DNA of 64,000 bases from positions 19,532,001 through 19,596,000 of the forward strand of contig NC_058383.1 of assembly GCF_018350175.1 (NCBI RefSeq), written 5' to 3'. Shown here in pieces: positions 51,610 through 64,000 of the stretch. The notes beneath the pieces were generated by a model. That model was not told the DNA's origin, made no database searches, and saw only the letters and a program-made list of their open reading frames with translations. The first letter of the stretch is position 1. Each line of letters starts with the position of its first letter. A program made the position numbers and the translations under genes. Source of the DNA: Felis catus (taxonomy: Eukaryota).

Positions 51610-51658
51610 CACCCTGGAGCATCAGCAGGAACAGAGGGGCCGCCCAGCCACACAGCAT
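51610..51658 (-). CDS. IL21R: IL21R first coding exon, signal peptide MLCGWAAPLFLLMLQG (exon starts at 51674)
   Basis: ttccag| acceptor, gccagcATG start, G|gtgagt donor. Confidence 0.92.
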
Positions 51659-52863
51659 GCTGGCTCTCGGGATCCTGGAAGAGACGCACAGTGAGAGGGC
51701 GGGCCCAGGCCTGGGGACCCAGGGACCCCGAACAGCCTCCCTGTCTCTGGTCCTTTCCCTCCCTTGGAAGCCTTGCCTCGGATTCTTGGAGAAGCCAGAG
51801 TTTGAGGAGCCCGTGGACGCTCCCAGGGGAGGGGACACTGGTATTTGACAAGCAGAGATCTTGAGTCCTATTCTCCACGAAGCACCCGTGTGGATGCTAG
51901 TTGGCCGGACAGACGGGCTCCCTACTGAATAGCAGATCCAAGGGTTAGCCCACGAAGGAGAGCCCTCCTGGATTCCAAGGATAAGGTGAGCCCGGAACGA
52001 GACTGCCGCGTCGGTCACAGAGCCCAGGTTAGTGAGTACGCTAGGAAGCTTGCGGGGAACCCAGGCCGGACCCCCCGGAGGACCCACACCCTGACTCCGG
52101 GACCCGGACGAGACGGAGGAGAGGCCTCTTTGGAGAACAGCACGGACCTGCCCGGGAGGAGCGACCCACCAGGCTGGCACTGCAGGCCTCTTGCGGGCAC
52201 TTTGCCTGCTGCATCCCAGCTCTGTGTCTGCTTAAGCAGGTGCCAGCCAGAGGCCCCGGGGTTCACCTGCCCAGGCCCGGGAGCCCCATCCACACTGGCC
52301 CCTGGGGTCAGGATTGTAGCTGGAACGGGAGCCTAGAGGGATGACCCACGCAGGGGCTGAGCTATACACGCGGCTTCTTCCAGACACGATCCCTGAGCCC
52401 GCATTGGGAAGACACCCCCTCCCCCCGCCATCCTGGGTTGCCCCCCACCCTACTCTGGCCCCACTAAGAGCTCCCTCTGAGCTCCCTAACGAGTCACCAA
52501 GCAGGCAGTGGCTAAGCGCACTGAGAGGTTGGGATCACCAGCTGCGTTGCTCTGGGCTGGTCACTTCCCCTCTCTGAGCCCTAGAGAGACGGTAAAGCCT
52601 GCTTCCCAGATTCTTGTGAGAGTTCAAAACAGCATTTTGCAGACAGCCCCGGACGTGGCCCCTGACACATAAACACCCAACACACAGCTGTGACTCATAC
52701 AGACTTTAGAGCATTCGAAGTAGAGGGACCCCGGAATGCTCTAGCCAAGAGGTCCCTAAATTTCTCACTTTCAAAATGTGGGCCATATTTGTAGGTCGTG
52801 TGTACTATCATTTATTTAATGTTTTCTATAAATGAGCTCCCTTAAAAAAATCTAACTCCAGCA

Positions 52864-53066
52864 GGGCGCGTGGGTGGCTCAGTCGGTTAAGCATCTGACT
52901 CTTGGTTTCAGCTCAGGTGGTGATCTCATGGTTCATGGGTTTGAGCCCCGCATTGGGCTCTGCCCTGGCAGCACAGGGCCAGCTTGGGATTCTCTCCCTC
53001 TCTTTCTCTCTGCCCTTCTCCTGCTCTCTTTGTCTCTTGAAACTCAATAATACATAAATTTTTTTT
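52864..53066 (+). mobile_element. CanSINE with TSD AAAAAATCTAACTCCAG
   Basis: Consensus plus TSD. Confidence 0.92.
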
Positions 53067-53284
53067 AAAAAATCTAACTCCAGACTCATCCTAAGTGATA
53101 ATATCCAGAGCCCTTGTGTTTTTTCCTCACACACCTTAAAATAAATAGCATAGCTATGAAAATAAAATAACGTTGGCTGCTGAGCGCTGGCTGTTGTACG
53201 TACGTGAAGATAGAACCGGATAAAATAGTGTTGAAGACAAAAACTTTTCAGTTTTTACCAGCCTGCTGGAAGCTGGTAATCTTT

Positions 53285-53501
53285 TTTTTTTTTTTTAATT
53301 TTTTTTTTTTTTTGAAAGACAGAGAGAGACAGAGCACAAGCAGGAGTGGGGCAGAGAGAGCGGGGGACGCATAACATGAAGCGGACTCCAGGCTCCGAGC
53401 TGTCAGCGCAGAGCCTGACGCGGGGCTCGAACCCACGGACCCCGAGATCATGACCCGAGCCGAAGCCGGACGCTCAACCGACTGAGCCACCCGGGGGCCC
53501 C
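53285..53501 (-). mobile_element. CanSINE with TSD TGGAAGCTGGTAATCTTT
   Basis: Consensus plus TSD. Confidence 0.93.
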
Positions 53502-54319
53502 TGGAAGCTGGTAATCTTTATCACCTCTTAAGGACAGCCTGCCTGAAACTTTCTCAAAAGCTGAGAAATACAAATCTAGAGTCCCCATGGCATTATTTGA
53601 GGACCTGGATCCAGCCATATCTGATGTCCACCTCTGGCCTTTTCATTTATACAAGCTGGAGAAAAAACACACCCTATTTGGCTCAACCACGTTGAATTGT
53701 ATCTCTCTTGCTTGCCCCCAAAGATACCTGGATACAGTGGAATAGAGCAAGGGGCCCAGAATCTGAAGCCCGCGTCTCTCAGAGCAAATAACAGCTTATC
53801 TCTGGTGTTTCTTCTCTCTGACCTCGGTTATCATCTCTAAAAGGGGGACAATCATGCCCACTGCACCTGGCAGTTCGGGTCAGTGGAAAACAGATGTGAC
53901 AGTGCTCCGTGGAGTGTAAAATGCTATACAAAGGTGTTGGGTTCTTGCAATTACTGGCCAGCTTCTGTGAATTACTCAGCACCCCCTTAGCCCTGAGGCC
54001 CCATCATGCCTCTCTGCCTTTGCATGAGGCAAATTCGTGTGCTGAGTCTTCTCCTCAAACACCTTTCCCCCTCCCGACCCTCTAAACTCAGTCTTCGTGG
54101 CCCCCTTCCTCTACCTTTGTATCCGTGAAGCCTCCTTGGAATGTTCCAGAACGCCTGCCACTTAACTGCCTTCAAGGTTTTCACGGGTGCTATTATCTAC
54201 TTGCTAATGATCTTTACCTTGCCTTCCATTTCTGGCTCCAATAAACACGTCCCGAAAGGAAATGAATCCCTGCAATCAACAGGTAACTCGTATGAAATGG
54301 AGAGACCGTGTCACCGCGG

Positions 54320-54540
54320 TGGTTAAAACACAGGCTCAGGGCCAGCCTGCCTCAGCTCAGACCCCAGCACTGCCGTTTATAGGCGGTGTGACCTCAGGGA
54401 AACTTCCCGGGCCGCAGAGTCCTCATCAGTGAAATGGAGACAATCCTAACCGTACCCACCTCGGAGGGGCCCTGGGAGAAGTACGTTACTCAGTGTTTGT
54501 AAAGCCTCGGGAACAGTGCCCAACGTATTTGTAGATGTTC
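54320..54540 (+). mobile_element. MIR
   Basis: gtgtgacctcaggga..gtcctcatcagtgaaatggagacaat..aacagtgccc. Confidence 0.65.
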
Positions 54541-56814
54541 TGTTGGTGTTTCTGAAACAAAACGGTTGCTCGGCTGTACAACTAAACGCAAGGGAAACAA
54601 AAGGGAGCAACTGAATTTGAGTGAGATGCCATCTCCCGCCTGACACGTGCAAGTGGGGCAATCCCGCCCGCGTCCATCAAAAAGGAGGATTCAAGAGCAT
54701 CAGAGGGGTGTCGAGGGCCACATAGCGCCAAACTGAGATTCTCGCCACTTCCCGGATCAGAGGACCAAAAGAAGACTGAAAAAGGCCTAACCCTTTCATT
54801 CGGGGGTGCAGGGATATTTCACACCTAAAATCAGCCCCTCCATTTGGGAAACAACAGCCCAGAATGGTAAAGGCCTCCTCCCCGGTCCCATCGCGCTCTC
54901 CCTGCGCCAGAATCTGCCCCTCGGTGGGTCTTCATGCTCAGGCTGAGTCGTGGGGACAACAGCACTTTCTCCCCAGGTGCACACCAAACCTCCCGTGTGC
55001 TTTCTGAGCGAAGGGCAGAGGGTCCCCTAGGCGCCTTCCTGCGGTGGGACCCCCTGTGGAAGGGCCTACCGCTGGGGTCTCCTACAGAGGAGTGAAGGGC
55101 GCCCGGATCCCAGCTGTGCGTCCTTGGGCAAGTTCCTGGCCCCTCTGATTCTCTGTGTTCTCATCTGTAAGATGGGGATGGACCGGAGCCCTGGAGGGGT
55201 GTTTATCCACCAGGCTCGGAGTTCAGGGGTTGTAGTAGTTCAGACTAAAAGCCGAATTCCAGGAGATTCTAGGGAAGTAGAGAAGCTTGGAGGTCGGAAG
55301 TCAGAAGCAGGAGAAGGAGGGGCCATGGGATCAGAAAGTGCTTAACCTCACAGTCAAGAAAGACATGCAAATGAAAACCACAATGACGTGCCGTTTAATT
55401 TTACTAGGTTGGTGACAATTCAAAGTCTGACAACATCGCGGGGCGCTGAGGACACGGTGTCATGGAAACACCTATTGACGGCCATTCGCGTCTGGGAAAT
55501 AGTGTGGATACCCTTCCGCGAGAGAATGGAAAGATGAGTCGCGGTGTGATCGCTCCGTGTGAAAATGAATCGTAGCTCCGCACCAACAAAGCAAGTGACC
55601 CCCACAAAATGCACGATGGAGATAAAATAAAATAAGCAGAAATGCATGTAAGACCATCTCTGTCGCAAAAACACTGTGTAAAACAGCGCTCTCTCTATCG
55701 TTGAGGTGAACATACCTGTGTCCTGGCCGTATAAGGAAATTCAAGGGGACGATAAAAAAAAAACATCAAACTCTGAATAGTAAAGGAGGGGATGGGATGG
55801 GGGGGCGGTGGTATCCAAATGTGTCAACAGTTTGGTGAAACCGAGCAAAGCTCCCATTGGGTGTTGACTCTATTATCTGATACACCTTTTTGTACGACCG
55901 AACTGTTTCATCAAAGGTCACATGTCAGTTAATCTCGTATTTGCAAAAATAAAACGTGAAGGGGGACTTCCATTTCTGGCTACGGTGGAGTAGCTGTTAT
56001 CAGACGGAAGCCCTACAGTCGAGAACAGCTACTAAGCAAGAAAAAAAACGTGAGAAGACACGAGAGAGAGCGACCAAGTTAGAGAGTAGTTGAGAGGCCG
56101 GGGTCCCAGAGAGAGAGCAAAAAAAATGCATTGGAATCCTGCACGCAATTTCCCCTCAAATCATTTGCCAAGTCATTGCAAATGACCCAGCAGCAGAGAG
56201 AATCTGGCAGGAGGCTGAAAACCGAAGAAGAGATTTTGACAATTTCACAAGGCTGAGGGAAGTCTTGGAGTTCAGGGCCTGACAAGGAAGATGGGACCTG
56301 GTAAATACCCAGTTATTCGGGAAAGGGTATACTTTGGGAATAAGGAAAAGTCAGGACCCGTTGAGCTGTGACTGCATCCAAATGACCTGCCTGTCTGCTA
56401 GGAGAAAGTTAGGACCTATGTGGAAAAAGTTAGCTTCACTCAGAGCCTCTATATTTTTCATGCACAATGTCCAGCATTCAATTAAATTGACAAGGCAGAC
56501 CAGGAAACAGTACCAAATGACCAAAAACCAAGAGGAAAACAGAAACGGACACATGGGCGATTCAGAAAGTGGCATTATCTAACACGATTTAAAAGAACCC
56601 AGATGAGGATGTTCAGGAATTCCACCAGAAATCTAGAACCTATTTAAAAGTAGAAGCCCCAGCACTAAGAAAATTCAATTAATCGAAATTTATAAGAATT
56701 GCATGAATTTAGCAACAGATTAGTAACATTAGAAGAGAGGATTGGTGAGCTGGAATGGAAAGCACTCAGACTGAAGCATGCAAAGAAAAAGAATGTTTAA
56801 GAATACAGAAAAGA

Positions 56815-57032
56815 GGGGCGCCTGGGTGGCGCAGTCGGTTAAGCGTCCGACTTCAGCCAGGTCACGATCTCGCGGTCTGTGAGTTCGAGCCCCGCATCGG
56901 GCTCTGGGCTGATGGCTCAGAGCCTGGAGCCTGTTTCCGATTCTGTGTCTCCCTCTCTCTCTGCCCCACCCCTGTTCATGCTCTGTCTCTCTGTGTCTCA
57001 AAAATAAATAAACGTTAAAAAAAAATTTTTTT
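56815..57032 (+). mobile_element. Young CanSINE within L1
   Basis: Consensus; TSD approximately AAGAATAYAGRAAAGA. Confidence 0.95.
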
Positions 57033-57778
57033 AAAGAATATAGGAAAGAGCAAAAGAGACATATCCATTGCGGAAAGGTCCCACGTACATGGATTTAGAA
57101 CATAGAGGAGACAGAACAAGTCGGAAGCAATAATAGAGACGTTGGTTAAGAATTTTTCAAAAGTAGAAAAAGACATTAATCCAAAGATTTGAAAAGTCTT
57201 ACAAACCTCGAAGGACAAATACAAAAACGATCAAACAAACAAACAAACAAAACCCACACTCTACCCACATTATAAGAAAACTATTTAAAATGTTAATACA
57301 TATTAAAGCCAACTTAGAATTTTATATAAAAGAAAATCCTTCGCAAAAATAAGGCAAGCTCAATATGAAAAAAAAAAAAAAAGATCTACTAAAATCCCAC
57401 AGTGAACATTATACTTAATGGTGAAAAACTGAAAGCTTTTCCCGTAAGATCAGAAACGAGACCAAGATGTCCACTCTCATGATTTCTATTAAACATCGTA
57501 TGGGAAGTTCTAGCCAAGACAACCAGTCAAGAGAAAGAAATAAAAGTCATCCTGATTGGAAAAGAAGAAGTAAAGCATTTCTGTTTGCAGATGACATGAT
57601 CTTGTATATACGTTCTGAAGAATCCACACCAAAAAGCCAAAGTGAAACAAAACAAACAAACAAAAACTATTAGGGCTAATAAGTTTAGCAGGGTTGCAGG
57701 ATACAAGATGAAAAACCAATTGTATCTTTGTACCACAGGAATGAACAATCTGAATGTGTGATGAAGAAAGTAACTTCA

Positions 57779-57985
57779 GGGCTCCTGGGTGGCTCAGTTG
57801 GTTAAGCGCTGGACTTTGGCTCAGGTCACGATCTCGTGTTTCGCGAGTTCGAGCCCTGGGTCGGGCTCAGTACTGACACGTCGGAGCCTGGAGCCTGCTT
57901 TGGATTCTGTGTCTCCCTCTCTCTCTGCCCCTCCCCTGTTCTGTCTCTCTCTCTTTCAACACTAAATATGCATTTAAAAAAAAAG
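57779..57985 (+). mobile_element. CanSINE within L1
   Basis: Consensus; TSD approximately AAGAAAGTAA. Confidence 0.9.
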
Positions 57986-58819
57986 AAAGTAATTTATTTC
58001 ACTTACAATAATATCAAAAAGAATGAAATAGAAATTTAACAAAAGTGCAAGACTTACACACCGAAAACTACTAAACATTGTTGAAAGAATGATAGAAGAC
58101 TCAAATAAATGGAAGGCTATCCCACGTTCATGCATTGGAAGACTCAGTATTGTTAAGATGACTTCTCCAAACGACCAATGGATTTAAAGTTATCCCTATA
58201 AAAAGCCCAGCTGGTTCTTTTGCAGAAGTTAAAAAGCTGATCTTAAAATTCATATGGAGACACGGAGGGCCAGCATAGACACAATAATCTTGAAACAGAA
58301 CAACAAAATTGAGGGACTCAGACTTCTCTATTTCAAAGCCTACTACAAGACTACACCAATCAACAGAGTATGATATTAACCTGTATATAGATCAATGGAA
58401 TCGAATTCAAAGTCCAGGGAGAAACTTACACGTTTGTGTTCAAGTGATATTTGACAAGGGTACCAAGACAATTTGCTGGGGGGGAAATAGCCTTTGAAAC
58501 CAACAGTGCTGGGACAATGGGACATCCACATGCAGTAGCGTGAAATTGGACTCCCATCTCATACCATATACAAAAGCTAACTCAAAATGGATTGAAGACC
58601 GCGCTGTAAGAGGGAGAACTATTAAACTTTAAAAATAGAACACGGGTGGAACTCTTGGTGACCTTGATCACACAGTAGTTTCTTAGCTATGACCCCGAAA
58701 GCACAAGCATCAAAGAAAAAATAGATACATTGGACTACTTCAAAAGTGAAAACTTTTATGCATCAAAAGACACCAGCAAGAAAGTGAAAAGGCAATATAC
58801 AAAATGAGAAAAAAAATTG

Positions 58820-59046
58820 GATTTTGTTTATGTTTATTTATTTTTTTTACAGTTTCTTTATTTTTGAGAGAGAGACACAGAGAGAGGGAGTGGGGGAGGG
58901 GCAGAGAGAGCGGGGAGAGCAAGAATCCCAGGCAGGCTCCCCACTGTCAGCAAAAAGCCCGACGTGGGGCTTGAACTCACAAACCATGAGATCATGACCT
59001 GAGCCAAGGGTTGGACGTTTAACTGACTGAGCCACCCAGGCGCCCC
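58820..59046 (-). mobile_element. CanSINE within L1
   Basis: Reverse consensus; TSD TGAGAAAAAA. Confidence 0.92.
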
Positions 59047-59367
59047 TGAGAAAAAATATTTTTAAATTATATATTGTTAGGGCTCTAGTATCAGGATATT
59101 TAAAGGGTTCTTACAACTCAAGATCTAAAAGATAACACAATTTTAAATTGTACAAAATATTTGAACGGACATTTCTCCAAAGAAGTTATACTCATGAGCA
59201 ATGAACATATGAGAAGATGCTCATCATCATTAGTCATTAGGGAAACTCAAATAACACCCACTAGATGGCGATTTTAAAAATAGAAAAATTAAAAGTGGGG
59301 GGAAAAAGATGTAGCGTTTTGGAATCCTTATACATTGCTCATGGGATTGTAAAATGATACATCTGCT

Positions 59368-59600
59368 GGGACGCCTAGGTAGCTCAGTCAGCTGGGTGTC
59401 CGACTTCAGTTCAGGTCCTGATCTCACAGTTCGTGAGTTCGAGCCCCACGTCGGGCTCTGTGCTGACAGCTCAGAGCCCGGAGCCTGCTTCCGATTCTGT
59501 GTCTCCGTCTCTCTCTGCCCCTCCCCTGCTTGCTCTCTGTCTCTGTCTCTGTCTCTGTCTCTCTCTCTCAAAAAATAAATAAACGTTAAAAAGATTTTTA
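59368..59600 (+). mobile_element. CanSINE within L1
   Basis: Consensus with CT tract and A tail. Confidence 0.92.
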
Positions 59601-60744
59601 AAAAACGGTACATTTGCCATAGAAAGCAGTTTAAAAGTTTCTCAAAAAGTTCATATGGGGTTACCACATAGCAAAGTAAACTGACTTCTAGGTACAGAGT
59701 AAAAAGAATTGAAAACATACGCCCATTAAAAAAACCCTCCGTACCTGAATATTCACAACAGCAGTATTCATAACAGTCCCAAACTTGAAGCAGCCCCAAT
59801 GTCCATCAGTTGAATGGACAAAGCATAGAATATCCATAGAACAGAATATTATCCAGCCAAAAAGATGAATAAAGTAGTAATACATGCCTCAACACAGATG
59901 CATCTTGAAAATTGATCCTGAGCTAAAGAAACCGGGCACAAAAAGCCACATACTGTATGACTCCATTTACATGACATTTCTAGAACAGGCAGATTCATAG
60001 AGCCAGGAAAGAGATTAGTGGTTGCCGGGGGCTGGAGCTTTGGAAGGAGAGGGAATGGCGGATGATGGCTAATGGGTATGGCTTTTTTTTTTTTTCCTTT
60101 GGGTGATGAAAATATTGTGCAGTTAGCAGGGCTGATGGTCGTACAACTTGGTGAATGTACTAACAGCCGCTTAATCGTACACTGTTAAAAAGTGAATAAA
60201 TAAATCCGTGAATTAGATCTTAATTGCGATTTTTAAAAAACGTGAATCTTTAAAAATAAAGATATTTTTCAAAGCAAACCAAAGCAAAACACCTGAGGGA
60301 ATTTGTCACTAATAGACCCTAACTTGTCACTGATAGGCTGATAAGGTCTTAGGAAGGTTAAACTTATGCAGAATTAAAACACATTACCATGATGCCCCAA
60401 AGGTGGGGAGTGAATAAAGTTAAAGGTTACTGTATTGTCTGGGAAATGATAAAAGGACCAACACAAAGTAGACTCAAAAAAAAAAAAAAATCAAATATGC
60501 ATATTGTAATCTCTAAGATAAGCCCTAAAAAATTATGAAAGAAAATAGAAAAGAAACATATAATACTAATGTTTTAAATTTTATTCTTCCAAAAAAGGAA
60601 ACAAAGAAGAAAAAAGGAATAAAGAATAGATAGACAAAAGGAAAACGAATAGATTTAATCCCAAACACGTCAGTACTTTCATCAAATGTAAGTGAACTAA
60701 CCCTAGAATGAAAGACACAACTTTGTATCCAAACTTGACATTAA

Positions 60745-61470
60745 GGGGCACCTTGGTGGCTCAGTCAGTTGAGCATCTGACTCTTGATTTTAGCTCAGGT
60801 CATGATCCCAGGGTCATGGGATTGAGCCCCATGTTGGGCTCCCCAGTGAGCTTGGAGCCTGCTTAAGACTCCCTCTCTCTCCTTCTGCCCCTCTCCCCTG
60901 CTTGTGCTCCTTCTCGCTCTCTCTCTCCAAAATAAAAAATAAATAATAGAAATAAAATTTAACACCTTGACATTAAAAGAAAGTAAAATTTGGGGCGGCT
61001 GGGTGGCTCAGCCAGTTAGGCGACCGACTTCGGCTCAGGTCATGATCTCGCAGTTTGTGAGTTTGAGCCCCGCGTCGGGCTCTGTGCTGACAGCTCGGAG
61101 CCTGGAGCCTGCGTTGGATTCTGTGTCTCCCCCTCTCTCTCTCTGCCCCTCCCCTGCTCATGCTGTCTCTCTCTGTCTCTCAAAAATAAATAAATGTTGG
61201 GGCGCCTGGGTGGCTCAGTTGGTTAAGCGGCCGACTTCGGCTCAGGTCATGATCTCGCGGTCCGTGGGTTCGAGCCCCGCATCGGGCTCTGTGCTGACAG
61301 CTCAGAGCCTGGAGCCTGTTTCAGATTCTGTGTCTCCCTCTCTCTGACCCTCCCCCCTTCATGCTTTGTCTCTCTCTGTCTCAAAAAATAAATAAACGTT
61401 AAAAAAAAAATTTAAAATAAATAAATAAATAAATAAATAAATGTATGTTAAAAAAATTTTTTTAATAAAA
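60745..61470 (+). mobile_element. Three stacked CanSINEs (starts 60745, 60992, 61199)
   Basis: Three heads; TSDs CTTGACATTAA and AAAAGAAAGTAAAATT. Confidence 0.93.
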
Positions 61471-62102
61471 AAAAGAAAGTAAAATTATAGGTCAATCGTT
61501 CTCATAAATATACAGACAAAATATTAACAAATCCAAGGTAACGATATACACAAAATGTGTACATGTGTATATGTGATACACATCATTATCACGTGAGGTT
61601 TATTTCAGGAATACAAGGTTAGGTTGACATTTGAAAGTCAGTAATCTATGTCATCACATTAGGAAAATAAAAAAGAAAATGTGTATCATAATTCAACAGG
61701 TCCAGAAAACACATTTAAAAAGTTGTAACACCCATTCGTGATTTTTTAAAACACTCTCAAAAAACCAGGAATAGAAGGAATCTTCTTTGATCTGATAAGG
61801 AGCGCACAGACATGCGTGTGTGCATAATATACACAACCAACATCATGTGTAATGGTCAAATACTGAACATGATATACTTGAGGGCAGGAAAAAGACGAAT
61901 GTCTTATCCTGGAGGCCCCAGTCAATGCAGTAAGGCAAGAAAAATAAATAAATGTATAAAGGTCAGAAAACTACAAAGAGTAAAATGATATAAGGACTGA
62001 GCACCTAGAAAAGTCCAGATACTTCACAAACTATTAGAATAATAATCATTGAACAAGGATACTGGATATGAGAACAATATTAAAAAAATCTACTGTATTT
62101 CT

Positions 62103-62330
62103 TTTTTTTTTTTTTTAATTTTTTTTTCAACATTTATTTATTTTTGGGACAGAGAGAGACAGAGCATGAACGGGGGAGGGGCAGAGAGAGAGGGAGACAC
62201 AGAATCGGAAACAGGCTCCAGGCTCCGAGCCATCAGCCCAGAGCCCGACGCGGGGCTCGAACTCCCGGACCGCGAGATCGTGACCTGGCTGAAGTCGGAC
62301 GCTTAACCGACTGCGCCACCCAGGTGCCCC
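62103..62330 (-). mobile_element. Young CanSINE with TSD AAAAAATCTACYGTATTTC
   Basis: Reverse consensus plus TSD. Confidence 0.95.
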
Positions 62331-63320
62331 GAAAAAATCTACCGTATTTCTAAAGATCAACAAAATTGACAAACTTTTAGCTAGACTAACAAAAGAGAAG
62401 ACTCAAGTAACTAAAATCAGAAACAGAAGACATTACGACTGATGCCGCAAAAATAAAAAGGATTGTAAGAGAATACTACAAATAACTATACACCAACAAA
62501 CTCAATAATGTAGAAGTGGATAAATTCTTAGAAACAGACAACCTGCCAACACTGAATTACGAAGAAATAGAATATCTGAACAGGCCTATAAATAGTGAGG
62601 AGGTTGATTCAGTGACCAAAACTGTCACAGCAAAGAAAAGCCCGGGACCAGATGACTTCACTGGTAAATTCTACCAAACATTTTAAGAAGAATGAATGTC
62701 ACTCCTTCTCAAACTCTTTTGAAAAATTGAAGCTAAGAGAACAATTCCAAACTCCTTTCATGAGGGCAGCATTATACCGCTATCAAAGCCAGACAAAGAA
62801 AACGCCAAACCAATATCCCTGATGAATACTGATGCAAAACTCCTTGATAACATACTAATACATGGAATCCAACAACATATTAAAATGACTCTATGCCACA
62901 ATCAAGTGGAATTTGTCCCTGGGGTGCAAAGATGATTCAGTATACAAAAATACACCACATTAATAGAGCAAAAGACAAATCACATGATCATTTCAACTGA
63001 TGCAGAAAAGGCATTTGACAAAATTCAGCATCTTTTCATCATAGAGACATTTAACAAACCAGAAACATTTAACAACCCAAAAAAGGTCATATATGAAAGG
63101 CCACAGCTAACCTCTTACTCAGTGGTAGAAAATTGATAGATTTTCCTCTAAGGTCAGGAACAAAGCAAGAATGCCCACTCTCACCACTTCTATTTAATAT
63201 ACAACTATAAGTCCTAGTCAAAGCAATTAGGAAAAAAAAAAGGCAGTCAAATTGGAAAGGAAGAAGTAAAATTATCTCTGTTCATAGCTGACATGACCTT
63301 ATATAGAGAAAACTCTAAAG

Positions 63321-63357
<37 letters not shown>

Positions 63358-64000
63358 TAATTAACAAATACATTAACAAATTCATTAATTAACAAATTCA
63401 CAAATTCACAAATTAATGAACAAATGATATAAAATCAACACTCAAAAATCAGTTGCATTTCTATAGGTTAACAATGAACAATTCAAAAGGAAATTAAAAT
63501 AATATCATTAATAATAGCATCAAAAACAATCAAATAAAAAAAAAAAAAAACAATCAAATATTTGGGAAGAAATTTAACCAAGGAGGTGAAAGACTTGTAC
63601 TCTAAAAACCACAAAACATTGCTAAAAGAAATGAAAAGAAAGCACAAATAAATGGAAAGACATCCCATGTTCATGGATTGGAAGACTTAATACTAAAAAT
63701 GCCCACAGCAATCTACAGATTCAAGGCAGTTTCTGTCAAGATCCCAATGGCATGTTTTGCAGAAATAGGTAAAAAACCACCCTAAAATTCACATGGAATC
63801 TCGAAGGACTCTAAATAATCAAAGCCCTCTTTGACAATGAAGAACAAAGCTACAGACCTCACACTTCCTGATTTCAAAACGTATTACCAAGCTACGGTAA
63901 TCACTGTAGGTATAGACATAAAGGCAGACAGGCACATACTGCTGTATAGACAGACAAAGTAGGTATTGGCATAAAAGCAGGGCATACAGATCAATGAAGC

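Larger units (their letters stand above)
39519..51658 (-). other. IL21R: IL21R coding span, interleukin-21 receptor (538 aa)
   Basis: Eight exons of 49+103+200+146+178+94+82+765 = 1617 nt in frame. Class I cytokine receptor hallmarks: signal peptide, Cys pairs, WSEWS, TM, Box1 VPSP, C-terminal DMDTFDSGF and SYLRQW. Confidence 0.97.
55345..64000 (+). mobile_element. Cluster of decayed LINE-1 fragments (ORF1 region, ORF2, 3'UTR), antisense to IL21R
   Basis: A-rich L1 signatures such as gatgcagaaaaggcatttgacaaaattcagca, ctgtttgcagatgacatgat (FADDM) and gacatcccatgttcatggattggaagact; frameshifts and stops throughout. Confidence 0.9.

Noticed and set aside
57380..64000. Reverse transcriptase motifs (FADDM) suggesting an active retroelement or novel RT system
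   Set aside because: Fragmented L1 ORF2 with stops, frameshifts and SINE insertions.

Overview
Felid (cat-family) genomic DNA, identified by dense SINEC_Fc-type tRNA-derived CanSINEs. The window holds two convergent protein-coding genes. (1) On +, the 3' part of GTF3C1 (TFIIIC 220-kDa B-box-binding subunit): 22 GT-AG exons from 1286 to the stop at 29891, all phase-compatible, 3671 coding nt (about 1223 aa), with poly(A) signals at 30737 and 30833. (2) On -, the complete IL21R coding region: 8 exons, ATG at 51658, stop at 39519, 1617 nt = 538 aa, with signal peptide, WSEWS, TM, Box1 and YLRQ. Its non-coding first exon(s) were not located with certainty. The rest is introns and intergenic DNA with CanSINEs, MIR/L2, hAT DNA transposons, LTR remnants and simple repeats, plus an AT-rich nested L1/SINE block at about 55.3-64 kb. 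Almost all other ORFs in the track are GC-rich or repeat artefacts. I see no convincing novel multi-gene system. The best lead is an 84-bp tandem duplication of a GTF3C1 exon end plus its splice donor, which creates an in-frame, stop-free alternative donor (+28 aa). Repeat family names come from recall of consensus sequences, and repeat boundaries are approximate.
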